Below, piece by piece: positions 34,948 to 43,823 of a stretch of DNA of 64,000 nt (its first letter is position 1; each line of letters begins with the position of its first letter). The notes beneath the pieces were generated by a model. The model made no database searches and had not been told where the DNA came from. It saw nothing but the letters and a program-made list of their open reading frames with translations. The position numbers and the translations under genes were made by a program. Source of the DNA: Minisyncoccota bacterium (GTDB taxonomy: Bacteria; Patescibacteriota; Minisyncoccia; UBA6257; 2-01-FULL-56-20); assembly GCA_036266715.1 (NCBI GenBank), contig DATAXS010000006.1, forward strand, positions 1,757 to 65,756, read 5' to 3'.

Positions 34948-36708
34948 ATGTCGAATGCGCCTCAAGGAGGGTCTGCACCGTCCGCTTTTCGGAAAAAATC
35001 AATAATCATTGGGATTTTCTTCGTGACCATGTCGGGAGTGCTTATGGCGCTCGCCGTGCCATCGCCCGCGTTTGCATCCGTCGCGAACTGGCAAAAAGGA
35101 GCGAATATTTTACCCGCGAACAACACGGATTTTTCGAGCGCGTCCTTTGAGCAGTCATTGCGCGACCTTGCATCGACGGGCGCCAATTATGTGACACTCG
35201 ACATCCCGCTTTACCAAAGCAACATTAATTCGACCGATGTGGGAACGGGCTGGGACACGCCGACGGACCAATCCCTTATCGCCGGCATCCAGTATGCGCA
35301 TTCCATCGGCCTGCACGTGATGCTGAAGCTTATGGTCAGCTCAAATGACGGGCAATGGAGCGCCTACATCAATCCTTCCGATCGCACCACGTGGTTTGCA
35401 AACTACGATGCGCTCGTGCTTCATTATGCGCAGCTCGGCCAGGCGAATGGCGTGGAGGAGCTTTGCATTGGCACCGAGCTCATTAGCATGTCGAGCGCGT
35501 CGGTAAATCCGAGCAACACGGGGAATTGGGAATCACTTATCGGCCAGGTCCGCAAAGTGTTTTCCGGCGCGCTTACTTATGATTCAAATTGGGGCGGTCC
35601 TGGTTTTACGCAGGAAGAAACGCAGATCCAATTTTGGTCGGCGCTCGACTTTATCGGGATCTCCGGCTATTTCAACCTGAGCGGCGACGGGTCCGTTTCC
35701 GCGCTCATGTCGAGCTGGGACTCGTGGAACCAAAGTTTGATCGCGCCCCTGTCCGCGCAGTGGGGGAAGCCGATCCTTTTTACGGAACTGGGGTACCAGA
35801 GCATTTTTGACAGCTACACGGACCCGTGGAACTGGGGCGAAACGGGCAGCCCGAACGTTGCCCAGCAGGCAAACGACTACCAGGCATTCTTCCAATACTG
35901 GAACCAGTATTCTAATTTCGCGGGAGTGGACATTTGGAATTGGTCCAGCGATCCGAACGCGGGAGGCTCAAATGACAGCGGCTACACGCCGCAGAACAAG
36001 CCGGCACAATCCGTAATGGCCCAGTGGTTCGGCCAGTCGGCGCCCGCCGCGCCGCCCGGATTTTCGGCAACCGCATCCGTAACGCCGGGGACGCCTGTTG
36101 AGGGGCAGAATGCCGGGCTTTCCGTCAATGTTGCGAATTCCGGAGGCGCCGTTTCCGGGGCGAACGTGGACGTGGAAATCTATGATTCCGGCGGAACACA
36201 GGTATTCCAGCAGGTATTTTCGGGGCAGAACTTTGCAGGCGGCGGTTCAGGCACCTATCCCGTCGGATGGACCGCGAACGCGGCGGGGGCTTACACGGTA
36301 AAGGTCGGCGTATTCAGCGGCGATTGGTCGCAAGAGTACTACTGGGGGAACCAGGTGCTTGCGTTTTCGGTGACCGCGCCGAGCGGTGGAGGCGGTGGCA
36401 GCGGGAGTGGGAGCACAAGCACGATCCAGGTTTGGTGGCCGACCGATGGCGTGACGGTTACGGGAGTCCAGCCGTTCAAAGCGATGCTTGAGAACATGTC
36501 CGTGGACAATTACTCAATGTACTGGCAGGTTGATGGCGGTCAATTGAATGCAATGCCCTCGAATGAAACCGACTATCCGCACAAGGAAGCGTCCGTCGAT
36601 GTGTCGCCGTGGAACTGGCGGGGGAACGGCCCATACGTCGTCACTTTCGTCGCAAAGGATGCAAACGGGCAAACGATCGGAGAGACCTCGGTCAGCATAT
36701 TTAACTGA
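34948..36708 (+). CDS. secreted clan GH-A (TIM-barrel) glycoside hydrolase-like protein with C-terminal beta-sandwich modules
   Basis: Signal/anchor. 'GANYVTLDIPLYQ', 'GLHVMLKL', 'LCIGTELISMS', 'PILFTELGYQS' (candidate acid/base and nucleophile Glu). One copy of the GH6-type repeat ('GGTQVFQQVFSGQNFAGGGSGTYPVGWTANAAGAYTVKVGVFSGDWS'). The exact GH family was not determined. Confidence 0.6.
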   Translation: MSNAPQGGSAPSAFRKKSIIIGIFFVTMSGVLMALAVPSPAFASVANWQKGANILPANNTDFSSASFEQSLRDLASTGANYVTLDIPLYQSNINSTDVGTGWDTPTDQSLIAGIQYAHSIGLHVMLKLMVSSNDGQWSAYINPSDRTTWFANYDALVLHYAQLGQANGVEELCIGTELISMSSASVNPSNTGNWESLIGQVRKVFSGALTYDSNWGGPGFTQEETQIQFWSALDFIGISGYFNLSGDGSVSALMSSWDSWNQSLIAPLSAQWGKPILFTELGYQSIFDSYTDPWNWGETGSPNVAQQANDYQAFFQYWNQYSNFAGVDIWNWSSDPNAGGSNDSGYTPQNKPAQSVMAQWFGQSAPAAPPGFSATASVTPGTPVEGQNAGLSVNVANSGGAVSGANVDVEIYDSGGTQVFQQVFSGQNFAGGGSGTYPVGWTANAAGAYTVKVGVFSGDWSQEYYWGNQVLAFSVTAPSGGGGGSGSGSTSTIQVWWPTDGVTVTGVQPFKAMLENMSVDNYSMYWQVDGGQLNAMPSNETDYPHKEASVDVSPWNWRGNGPYVVTFVAKDANGQTIGETSVSIFN

Positions 36709-36791
36709 AGAAAATAAGCGGACGATGATCGATTCACTTCATCTTCATCATGAATGTTGGAAAGTAAAAATATTAAAAAATAAATAAAATA

Positions 36792-39425
36792 ATGATTGAC
36801 CACAAACACGGGGGTGTCGCGGGTGCTGTTTTGCGCGGTGCGGTTGTTGCGGTTTTGGTGTTCGCGGCCGGGGTGTTCGTCGCGCGGGCGGATGCCGGAG
36901 CTGGTGCTGGCGTATCGCTTGGAAATAATACCTACAGCGGGCTGGCGGGCTCCACGGTGCAGGTGTCCGGATACGGCTACATGCCGGGCGAGACGGTGAG
37001 CATTTCCCTGGGGAGCGTTTCTGCCGCGGCTGTTGCGACGACAACCGCCAATCCGGATTCAACCTTCGGGCCGGTCGCGGTCATGATTCCCGCGAATGCC
37101 ACGCAGGGGCCACTCGCGGTCATCGCAACCGGTGCATCGAGCACGATAAGCGCAAGTAACACGTTCTATGTCCAGGCGCTTGCACCTGCTATCACAGCAA
37201 CAAGCACTTCGAATACACCGGGAAGCGTGATTATGATAAGCGGTTCGGGGTTTGCGGCGAACGAGACCGTGCAGATCTCAATGGCGAGTTCGTCCGCCAC
37301 GACGACCGCCGATGCGTCGGGCGCATTCTCCGCGTTTTCGTTCGCTATTCCCTATGTGACCGCGGGCACGCAGCTGATCACTGCCACGGGCCTTTCTTCC
37401 GGCGCGAGCGCGATTGATTATTTCTATGTGGGTGGATTCTATCCGTCCGTCACGCCCTTAAACTATTTTGCGAACTTGGGCAGCGCGGTCACCTTTGACG
37501 GCACGGGTTTTGCGCCGGGCGAGCCGGTCAGCGTCTTTGAGGATGCGAACCAAAGTTCCAGTTTGCAGTTTAATGCGGATCCTTCCGGAAACTTTTTGAA
37601 CGAAGGTCCGGCCACCATCCCGTTCACGTTGACGGCCACATCAACCACGTTCAATTTTATCGGCGCCTCAAGCACTGCAACCACGTCCGTCACCATTGGG
37701 GTGGGCGCGCTCAACCCTTCCGTCGCACCATTCGCTTCCGAGTATTACGTGCTGCCGGGTGAGGTGATCTCGTTCTCCGGCAGCGGCTTTGCGGCGGGGG
37801 AGACGGTCTACGTATTTTCTTCCGCAACGACGACAGCGACCTCCTCCGCGCTTACGAGCTTTGCCGTGGATGCTTCCGGCACGTTCTCAAACGCCGGCGC
37901 GATCACTATTCCCGCGAGCCTTGCGGGCACGTCTCCCACGTTCACGTTCCGCGGAGGCACGAGCGGCGCAGTTGCGCCCGTTGGCCTTACGATCGGGGCC
38001 TATTATCCGGTCATCACGCCTTCCGCGTCTTTCCTCCAACGGGGGAACTCGTTTACCGTGGGCGCGACCGGGTTTGCACCGAATGAATCGATCAGCGTGA
38101 ATGCGTATGGCAATGCCGTCGTGAATGTGACCGCGGATGCGTCCGGCACCGCGAGCGCGGGACCGTTTGACGTGCCGCTTTCCGCCTCAAGCACGATGCT
38201 CGTGACGGCCACTGGTGCCACGAGTGGCGCCTCCTCATCAGCGTCGCTCACGATCGGCGACGTGGTGCCGCAGCAATTTTCTTCAAGTACGCTCGATGTG
38301 GCGTTGAACGTGGATAATACGGCGGGCGGCACGGCATTGCCCGCGGACTTCGCGGTAACAGTTTCCGGCGCGGACCCGAGTCCTGCATCGTTTTCGGGAA
38401 GTGCTTCCGCGATTCCGGTCACGGTGGACGGTGACACGGGCTTTGCCGTGACGGCCGCGGCATCGGACGCAACATCTTCCTTGGAATATTACGTACTTTC
38501 TTCTGCCGGCAATTGCGCGGGCGAGATCGCAAGCGCGCTCACGGACGCCTGCACGTTTACGGAAACATTTGCGATCGCTCCGCCTTCAATCACTATCGCG
38601 CCTTCCAGTTTCTCTGACGGCACGAACGGCACCGCATATTCCGCAACGCTCACTGCGTCAACCACGGTCGCGGGACCGTTCACCTGGACGGTTGCTTCCG
38701 GCACCTTGCCCACGGGTATTTCGCTCGGCACCTCAACCGCATCCACTACTTCCATTTCCGGGACGCCGACCGTGACCGGTTCATCCGACTTCACGATCAT
38801 GGTGACGAGCGGCTCTTCCACCGCCACGCAAGCGTACACGCTGAATATTGATGCCGCGCCGAGCGCGAATAGTGGCGGTGGCGGGGGAGGCGGAGGCGGG
38901 GTTGTTGTGACCAGCGGCGGTGGTGGTGGTGGCGGCGGAGGAGGCGGCGGTGATTTCTCTTACTACCCGATCATTTCTACGCCTGCAGCAACGACGACGG
39001 CAACTGTCGGCACGGGAGGAGTGGTTCTCGGCGCAAGCACTACGGAGGCCGAGTTCCTGGGTGGTGAATTGCTCGCGCTTGAACAAAATCTCGTCACTAT
39101 GCAATTCAAAGTCGCATCCTGTCCCGCTACTTTTACGACCAACCTTAGCGAAGGAATGTCGGGCGTCGCCGTGAAGGAACTTCAGGAAACATTGAACGAC
39201 AGCACGCTCACGCAGGTCGCGGCCACGGGGCCCGGCTCGCCGGGCAACGAATCGACCTATTTCGGCCCGGCAACGCGCAAAGCCGTGACCCTGTTCCAGA
39301 ATGTTTTTGCGGCGCAGATCCTCACGCCGAACGGCCTGACTGCCGGGAATGGTTTTGTGGGTGCTTCCACCCGCGCGCAATTGAACGCACTCTGCAACAG
39401 CGGCCAATCGGTGGCGCTCCAGTAA
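36792..39425 (+). CDS. large secreted repeat protein (Ig/IPT-like repeats, He_PIG domain, poly-Gly tracts, C-terminal PG_binding_1)
   Basis: Signal peptide. At least 6 units of 'G..V..SG.GF..GE.V.I......' type. He_PIG 'FSDGTNGTAYSATLTASTTVAGPFTWTVASGTLPTGISLG'. 'SGGGGGGGGVVVTSGGGGGGGGGGGGD'. C-terminal 'GMSGVAVKELQETLN...YFGPATRKAVTLFQ'. Confidence 0.75.
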   Translation: MIDHKHGGVAGAVLRGAVVAVLVFAAGVFVARADAGAGAGVSLGNNTYSGLAGSTVQVSGYGYMPGETVSISLGSVSAAAVATTTANPDSTFGPVAVMIPANATQGPLAVIATGASSTISASNTFYVQALAPAITATSTSNTPGSVIMISGSGFAANETVQISMASSSATTTADASGAFSAFSFAIPYVTAGTQLITATGLSSGASAIDYFYVGGFYPSVTPLNYFANLGSAVTFDGTGFAPGEPVSVFEDANQSSSLQFNADPSGNFLNEGPATIPFTLTATSTTFNFIGASSTATTSVTIGVGALNPSVAPFASEYYVLPGEVISFSGSGFAAGETVYVFSSATTTATSSALTSFAVDASGTFSNAGAITIPASLAGTSPTFTFRGGTSGAVAPVGLTIGAYYPVITPSASFLQRGNSFTVGATGFAPNESISVNAYGNAVVNVTADASGTASAGPFDVPLSASSTMLVTATGATSGASSSASLTIGDVVPQQFSSSTLDVALNVDNTAGGTALPADFAVTVSGADPSPASFSGSASAIPVTVDGDTGFAVTAAASDATSSLEYYVLSSAGNCAGEIASALTDACTFTETFAIAPPSITIAPSSFSDGTNGTAYSATLTASTTVAGPFTWTVASGTLPTGISLGTSTASTTSISGTPTVTGSSDFTIMVTSGSSTATQAYTLNIDAAPSANSGGGGGGGGGVVVTSGGGGGGGGGGGGDFSYYPIISTPAATTTATVGTGGVVLGASTTEAEFLGGELLALEQNLVTMQFKVASCPATFTTNLSEGMSGVAVKELQETLNDSTLTQVAATGPGSPGNESTYFGPATRKAVTLFQNVFAAQILTPNGLTAGNGFVGASTRAQLNALCNSGQSVALQ

Positions 39426-39441
39426 AAATTGAGATAGAAAA

Positions 39442-39468
39442 AGCGGGAACCTCGGAGAGGTTCCCGCT
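39442..39468 (+). terminator. terminator-like hairpin after 36792..39425
   Basis: AGCGGGAACCTC-GGA-GAGGTTCCCGCT (12-bp perfect stem) 17 nt after the stop. No clear U-run follows. Confidence 0.5.
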
Positions 39469-39596
39469 GTGAACTTCTTAATTGGTATGCTTGCCGCGAT
39501 TGCCACGACTTTGCCCTCCTGTCCTGGATTTACACAGTTATGGGTTCAACCCGAAAATATGATAATAAGTTGTATGCTGTTCGTCAAATATTTTGC

Positions 39597-39630
39597 CCCG
39601 CGGGTGGAGGACGCGAGGACCTGCTTACCG
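39597..39630 (+). repeat. islet repeat, copy A (core TGGAGGACGCGAGGAC at 39605-39620)
   Basis: The core matches copy C at 13 of 16 positions. Confidence 0.5.
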
Positions 39631-39834
39631 GTCGATCAGGTATTTGCTGGCGACGCTTAATGCAAATGAAGGCAATATAATAAAAACGGTCGCGAAGAGG
39701 AGTTTCATAAGCGTAGTATGTAAATCTGAACTGTTTGCATCCCCTCCGTCAGGCAGTGTCAAAATGAATAAAATTCCTATAATGCCAAAAACGATTGAAG
39801 CATAGACAAATATGCGTGTAGCAATTTTTTGCAT
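39625..39834 (-). CDS. possible small membrane protein
   Basis: 69-aa ORF with two hydrophobic helices, no obvious RBS, in a low-GC region. Confidence 0.35.
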   Translation of the reverse strand: MQKIATRIFVYASIVFGIIGILFILTLPDGGDANSSDLHTTLMKLLFATVFIILPSFALSVASKYLIDR

Positions 39835-39898
39835 AGCTGTAGTATATCAATTATAAAGCCAACCGGCAATTATGGGTTTGAGTCTCATTCTCGTTCGT

Positions 39899-39930
39899 TG
39901 CTCCGGCGGGTGGGGGGGGAGTGAGAAGAT
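39899..39930 (+). repeat. islet repeat, copy B (contains TGCTCCGGCG, identical to the tRNA-Asn 3' end)
   Basis: The 10-mer tgctccggcg at 39899-39908 also occurs at 40329-40338 and 42994-43003, all in the same orientation. Confidence 0.5.
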
Positions 39931-39988
39931 GGCTAAGATAAAGAAGCGGCCCGCAAGGTTTGAACCTTGGACGGGCCGTGGACCGAAT

Positions 39989-40255
39989 TTATGTTTTCTC
40001 CCGGAAAAGGACCTTCGTCAAAGCATCCAGGAGCCGTGCGGAGATCCCGAACCTGCCGTGGATCTTTGCGCCGTTGGCAGATTTCGCCACACGCGCCATC
40101 TTTTCTTCGGAGAGCCCTTCGTGGAGAAGAGCTTTCCGAACGTCCTCATCGGGGAATGGATGTGCGTAATGCGCATGCGGATGACGTTTGCCGTACTGTC
40201 GGAGGATCTCAACGATGTTCAAAAAGTGATGAGAAGTAACTCCATGATGTGACAT
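39989..40255 (-). CDS. hypothetical small His-rich protein
   Basis: 88-aa ORF. Consensus AGGAGG (40267-40262) lies 6 nt upstream of ATG 40255. Confidence 0.55.
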   Translation of the reverse strand: MSHHGVTSHHFLNIVEILRQYGKRHPHAHYAHPFPDEDVRKALLHEGLSEEKMARVAKSANGAKIHGRFGISARLLDALTKVLFREKT

Positions 40256-40328
40256 TAATGACCTCCTGGGACATCATGCTGTAAATAAAATAAAACTTCA
40301 TTTCATTTTTGTCCAGTTTTGGAGCATT

Positions 40329-40368
40329 TGCTCCGGCGGTTGGAGGACGTCAGAACTTATTTAACCGT
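40329..40368 (+). repeat. islet repeat, copy C (TGCTCCGGCG + core TGGAGGACGTCAGAAC)
   Basis: 10-mer shared with the tRNA-Asn 3' end. The core at 40341-40356 matches copy D at 15 of 16 positions. The downstream 'gaacttatttaac' resembles tRNA-Asn 'gaaccttatccttaac'. Confidence 0.55.
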
Positions 40369-40403
40369 TTGAGAGGCTCACTTTGGTATCATTCATATAT
40401 ATC

Positions 40404-41986
40404 ATGGCCCGCTTTTCTCGCGCACTATTTTTTGGCATAATAGCGGTTTCCGTCGGCGCGATTTTTGTGCACGCTTCCGCGTATACCTTTAGCCACGATC
40501 TAAAATACGGTGACACGGAAGTCGATGTATCATATCTCCAGGATTTTCTTACGGATCAAGGATATTTCCACCATTCAATCACGGATTATTATGGGCCAAT
40601 CACGCTCGCCGCGGTGAAGACATGGCAAACGGCATTCCTTCCACGGGATATTTTGGGCCGATCAGCAGGGCATTCGTAGCGGCAGGGAATGGTATGGTGT
40701 CTCTTCCGACAACCGATGATTCTCCGTCCTCAGCATCGGGACCAATACTAATGTTCAATGGCGTTCCTCTCGCCGATATCGGCCTTGGGCCCAAGTTTGT
40801 GGTGAATGGCGGCGGCAACGGGCCTTGCGGCGGGAGCTGCGGTGATCAATCGAATAACAGCAACAGCACGCCCCCCGCAATTTCTGTTTCGGTGATTCCT
40901 TCCGCTACGACGACGCTCTCGGGGGCCACAACCACTTTTACCGCAACGGTTGCGAATACTTCCGATCAAACCGTCACGTGGTCGGCAACGCTTGGCGTGA
41001 TCGACGCATCGTCGGGCGCCTATATAGCTCCTACTGCCTTTGCGACGACCACGGACACGGTAACCGCGCGCTCGAACGCGGACAATACGAAAACGGATAC
41101 TGCAACGGTGACGATTAATCCGGTCCCCGTGACCATTTCGATTTCGCCCACGTCGACCTCGGTCATGTCTGATGGATCAATCAGTTTTAATGCGACTGTC
41201 ACGAATGGTTCCACGAGCACGGTGAACTGGAGCGCAGCGCTCGGCACCATCAATGCGTCGGGTACATATACTGCGCCTACACTCAGTTCGTCCACATTTT
41301 CCGCGACGGACACGGTAACCGCCGTGAGCGTGGCTGATAATACAAAGGTTGCGACCGCAACTGTTTCGATCACGAACGCGTTGACCGATTGGTGGAAACT
41401 TGATGAGGGGACCGGGACGGTCGCGATCGACAGCATGAATAGTGCCCATAACGGCAACTGGCATGGCACAGAGGCTGGTACGGCCGGGTATTATGGCGCC
41501 GCGCGTCCATCTTCAACGCTCGCATTCTCCGGCATCTTCGATGGTACGAACGACTACATTGACCCAAGTCTGACGGTCGACTATACGACGACATTGTCCT
41601 TTACCTGGAGTATTTGGATGGACTTGAGCTCGAGCATCCAGCCCGACAACGTTATTCTTGGCGACCGGCTCAATCCGCTTTGGGTCAAGCTCACACCAAC
41701 TGCGTTTGAATATTACAATGGCGCACTCATCCACAATACTATTCCCACCGGCCAGTGGGCGTACATCGCCGTCGTAAAATCCGGCACGAGCTTCTACTAT
41801 TATCAAAACGGGACGCTGGAAGGCTCGGCATCATCGACTGATGTTCCGGGGGATCTCAATTTCTTTATCGGCACCGATCCTAATTCAAATGGAGATGGTT
41901 ATACATGGGGGTCTTTGAGCGATGTGAGGATCTATAGCACCGCACTTTCACAGGCACAAGTGCAGGCGATATACAATGGAAACTAA
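40404..41986 (+). pseudogene. frameshifted gene for a secreted PG_binding_1 - 2x Ig-like - LamG (Laminin_G_3) surface protein
   Basis: ORF 40383/40404..40679 encodes a signal anchor and the first part of a PG_binding_1 domain ('LQDFLTDQGYF...YYGPITLAAVKTWQ'). The rest of that domain ('ANGIPSTGYFGPISRAF') continues in the -1 frame in ORF 40622..41986. The frames switch near 40620-40631. Confidence 0.65.
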
Positions 41987-41993
41987 ACAAAAC

Positions 41994-42030
41994 CGCTAGT
42001 GGATGACGTCAGAACCTGTCTTTCTTTACA
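41994..42030 (+). repeat. islet repeat, copy D (core TGGATGACGTCAGAAC at 42000-42015)
   Basis: Lies 14 nt after the stop at 41986 and ~190 nt upstream of the sigma-factor start. Confidence 0.5.
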
Positions 42031-42205
42031 GCTTTCTCGATAAACCTGGGATTCCCCGCCGCCGGTCGCAGGTACTGACCAGTTCGAGTTTTTTCTTGAC
42101 AAAGTTATTCTCGGTAGGTAATGTGATGTGAGCATTCAGGATTTCGTAGCACCCACGCAGTCCGTTTTACATTTTTATCTCGCCCCGCGGGGCAAGGAGG
42201 TTCAC

Positions 42206-42925
42206 ATGGTAGCATCGGCTCAAGTAATATCGTCCGACATGATGAATGACCTGCCCGATGCGGAGCTCGTCGCGCTTCTCAAGGCAGGGAACAAGGACGC
42301 AATGACCCCTCTTTTCCGCCGCTATCGACGGCTTCTCCTCGCTATCGCGGGAAGAATTCTTTGGAACTATCCCGAAGGAGAGGCAGAAGAACTTGTCCAG
42401 GAAATATTCCTCGAGTTCTGGATCAAGATCGAGCGTTTCGATCCCACACGCAGCACCACAAAGGCTTGGCTTATGAAGCTCGCGTACAGCCGTAGCTTTG
42501 ATCGCGCAAAATTTCTCAAGTGTCATTTCGGCGGGCGTCAAAAAGTGTTTTCGGAGGACACTCTCCCCGATCCTCTGCGTCCGCACGAAAAAACGCAGCA
42601 GGAAGTGGAGGACGACGAACTCGCGCGGACAGACCAGGACAAAGAGGAAGTTATCCTGATTGCGTTCGAGCAGTTGAAAGTGGCGGGAGCAAAGAGAGAC
42701 ACCTTGGATCTGCAGATACGGTGCATGAAAATGGTGTTTTTTGAGAATCTCCCGATCAGGGAAGTCGCGAAGAGGATCAACGAATCCTACGGGCAAACGA
42801 GGAATCACTACTACCGGGGGTTGAAGTTGCTGCGTTCCACGGTGGAAAAGATCCTTGAAGAGAGGGCGGGAGCTCGACTAAAGAAACGTATTGTAGCATC
42901 TATGAACAGTAATGGTGCGCAGTGA
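42206..42925 (+). CDS. sigma-70 family RNA polymerase sigma factor (ECF-like, regions 2 and 4)
   Basis: Region 2 'EELVQEIFLEFWIKIERFDPTRSTTKAWLMKLAYSRSFD'. Region 4 HTH 'LPIREVAKRINESYGQTRNHYYRGLKLLR'. AGGAGG lies 5 nt upstream of ATG 42206. Confidence 0.8.
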   Translation: MVASAQVISSDMMNDLPDAELVALLKAGNKDAMTPLFRRYRRLLLAIAGRILWNYPEGEAEELVQEIFLEFWIKIERFDPTRSTTKAWLMKLAYSRSFDRAKFLKCHFGGRQKVFSEDTLPDPLRPHEKTQQEVEDDELARTDQDKEEVILIAFEQLKVAGAKRDTLDLQIRCMKMVFFENLPIREVAKRINESYGQTRNHYYRGLKLLRSTVEKILEERAGARLKKRIVASMNSNGAQ

Positions 42926-42995
42926 AAAATCACAATAACCCGGGCGGCGCGAAAATCTCGTGCCGCCCTTTTTTGGCCAGGGTGTTTATCAAGTG

Positions 42996-43067
42996 CTCCG
43001 GCGCCAGGATTCGAACCTGGAACCTTATCCTTAACAGGGATTTGCTCTACCGTTGAGCTACGCCGGA
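42996..43067 (-). tRNA. tRNA-Asn: tRNA-Asn (anticodon GTT)
   Basis: Minus strand: acceptor TCCGGCG/CGCCGGA, D arm GCTC-AACGGTA-GAGC, anticodon loop CT-GTT-AA, T arm CCAGG-TTCGAAT-CCTGG, discriminator G. CCA is not encoded. One A.A mismatch at the top of the anticodon stem. Confidence 0.85.
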
Positions 43068-43128
43068 ATTACCGAAGAACACGAAGACAGTTTACTACAG
43101 CGCGGGAAGGATTTCAAATTTAAAAAAC

Positions 43129-43809
43129 CTACCCCTGCGTGCCCGGGAGCGCCACGTCCACGCCGCCCGTGGTGCTTGTTGCGGCGGTGAAGAAGACGTT
43201 GGACGAGCCGCCGGTCGTCACAAGGAAGGGCGAGGGGATGGTGGCAGCAATCGGGAAGATGAGCGACTCGCTGTAGGTGGCTCCCGGCGTGCCCATGCAC
43301 GTGCCCGTGTCGGGGAAGCTGAAGTTCGGCCCTGCGGGAGAGCTCGGCGACTCCTGCGTTCCCGATTCATCCACGATGAGGCGCATGTTGTCCGGCACGC
43401 AGTCGGTGCTCGCGCTGCCGATCTGTACCGAGATAGTGAGCGTGAGCTCGCCTTCTGCGTAGGACGCGCCCGTGACCGCAAAGGATTCGCCGCCCTCATT
43501 CCACATGACGGGATAAGGCGCGGTGTAGCTTGTGGCGTAGGTGCCCGGTGCGGTTGCGGTCACGGTGGAGGTGGCGCTTGACGAAGACGCCGTGCCCGTG
43601 GGCAACGTGATGAACGTGGAAGAGGCGCCGCCGAGGGTGGACGTGGGGAGCGAGGCAAACGTGGTGCCGTTATCGCCCTGGACCACGACCGGCGTATAGC
43701 CACCCGTGGGGAAGAAGACCACGAGATACGCCAAGATGCCGAGCGCGAGCGCGGCTGAGGAGAGGATGATGAGCGTTTTTTTGAGCCCTTCGGCCGAAGG
43801 TGCTTTCAT
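43129..43809 (-). CDS. hypothetical membrane-anchored extracytoplasmic protein
   Basis: 226 aa with an N-terminal TM anchor 'TLIILSSAALALGILAYLVVFF' and a Thr/Ser/Gly-rich ectodomain. Confidence 0.55.
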   Translation of the reverse strand: MKAPSAEGLKKTLIILSSAALALGILAYLVVFFPTGGYTPVVVQGDNGTTFASLPTSTLGGASSTFITLPTGTASSSSATSTVTATAPGTYATSYTAPYPVMWNEGGESFAVTGASYAEGELTLTISVQIGSASTDCVPDNMRLIVDESGTQESPSSPAGPNFSFPDTGTCMGTPGATYSESLIFPIAATIPSPFLVTTGGSSNVFFTAATSTTGGVDVALPGTQG

Positions 43810-43823
43810 AGAGCGGTAAAAAC

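Noticed and set aside
40341-42030. Reading the repeated '...CAGAAC(C/T)T' core as the -35 element (GAAC) of an ECF sigma promoter
   Set aside because: No consistent CGT/TC-type -10 element lies 16-17 nt downstream in copies C and D, and the spacing to downstream genes differs (48 vs ~190 nt). It is kept only as an alternative hypothesis inside the islet finding.
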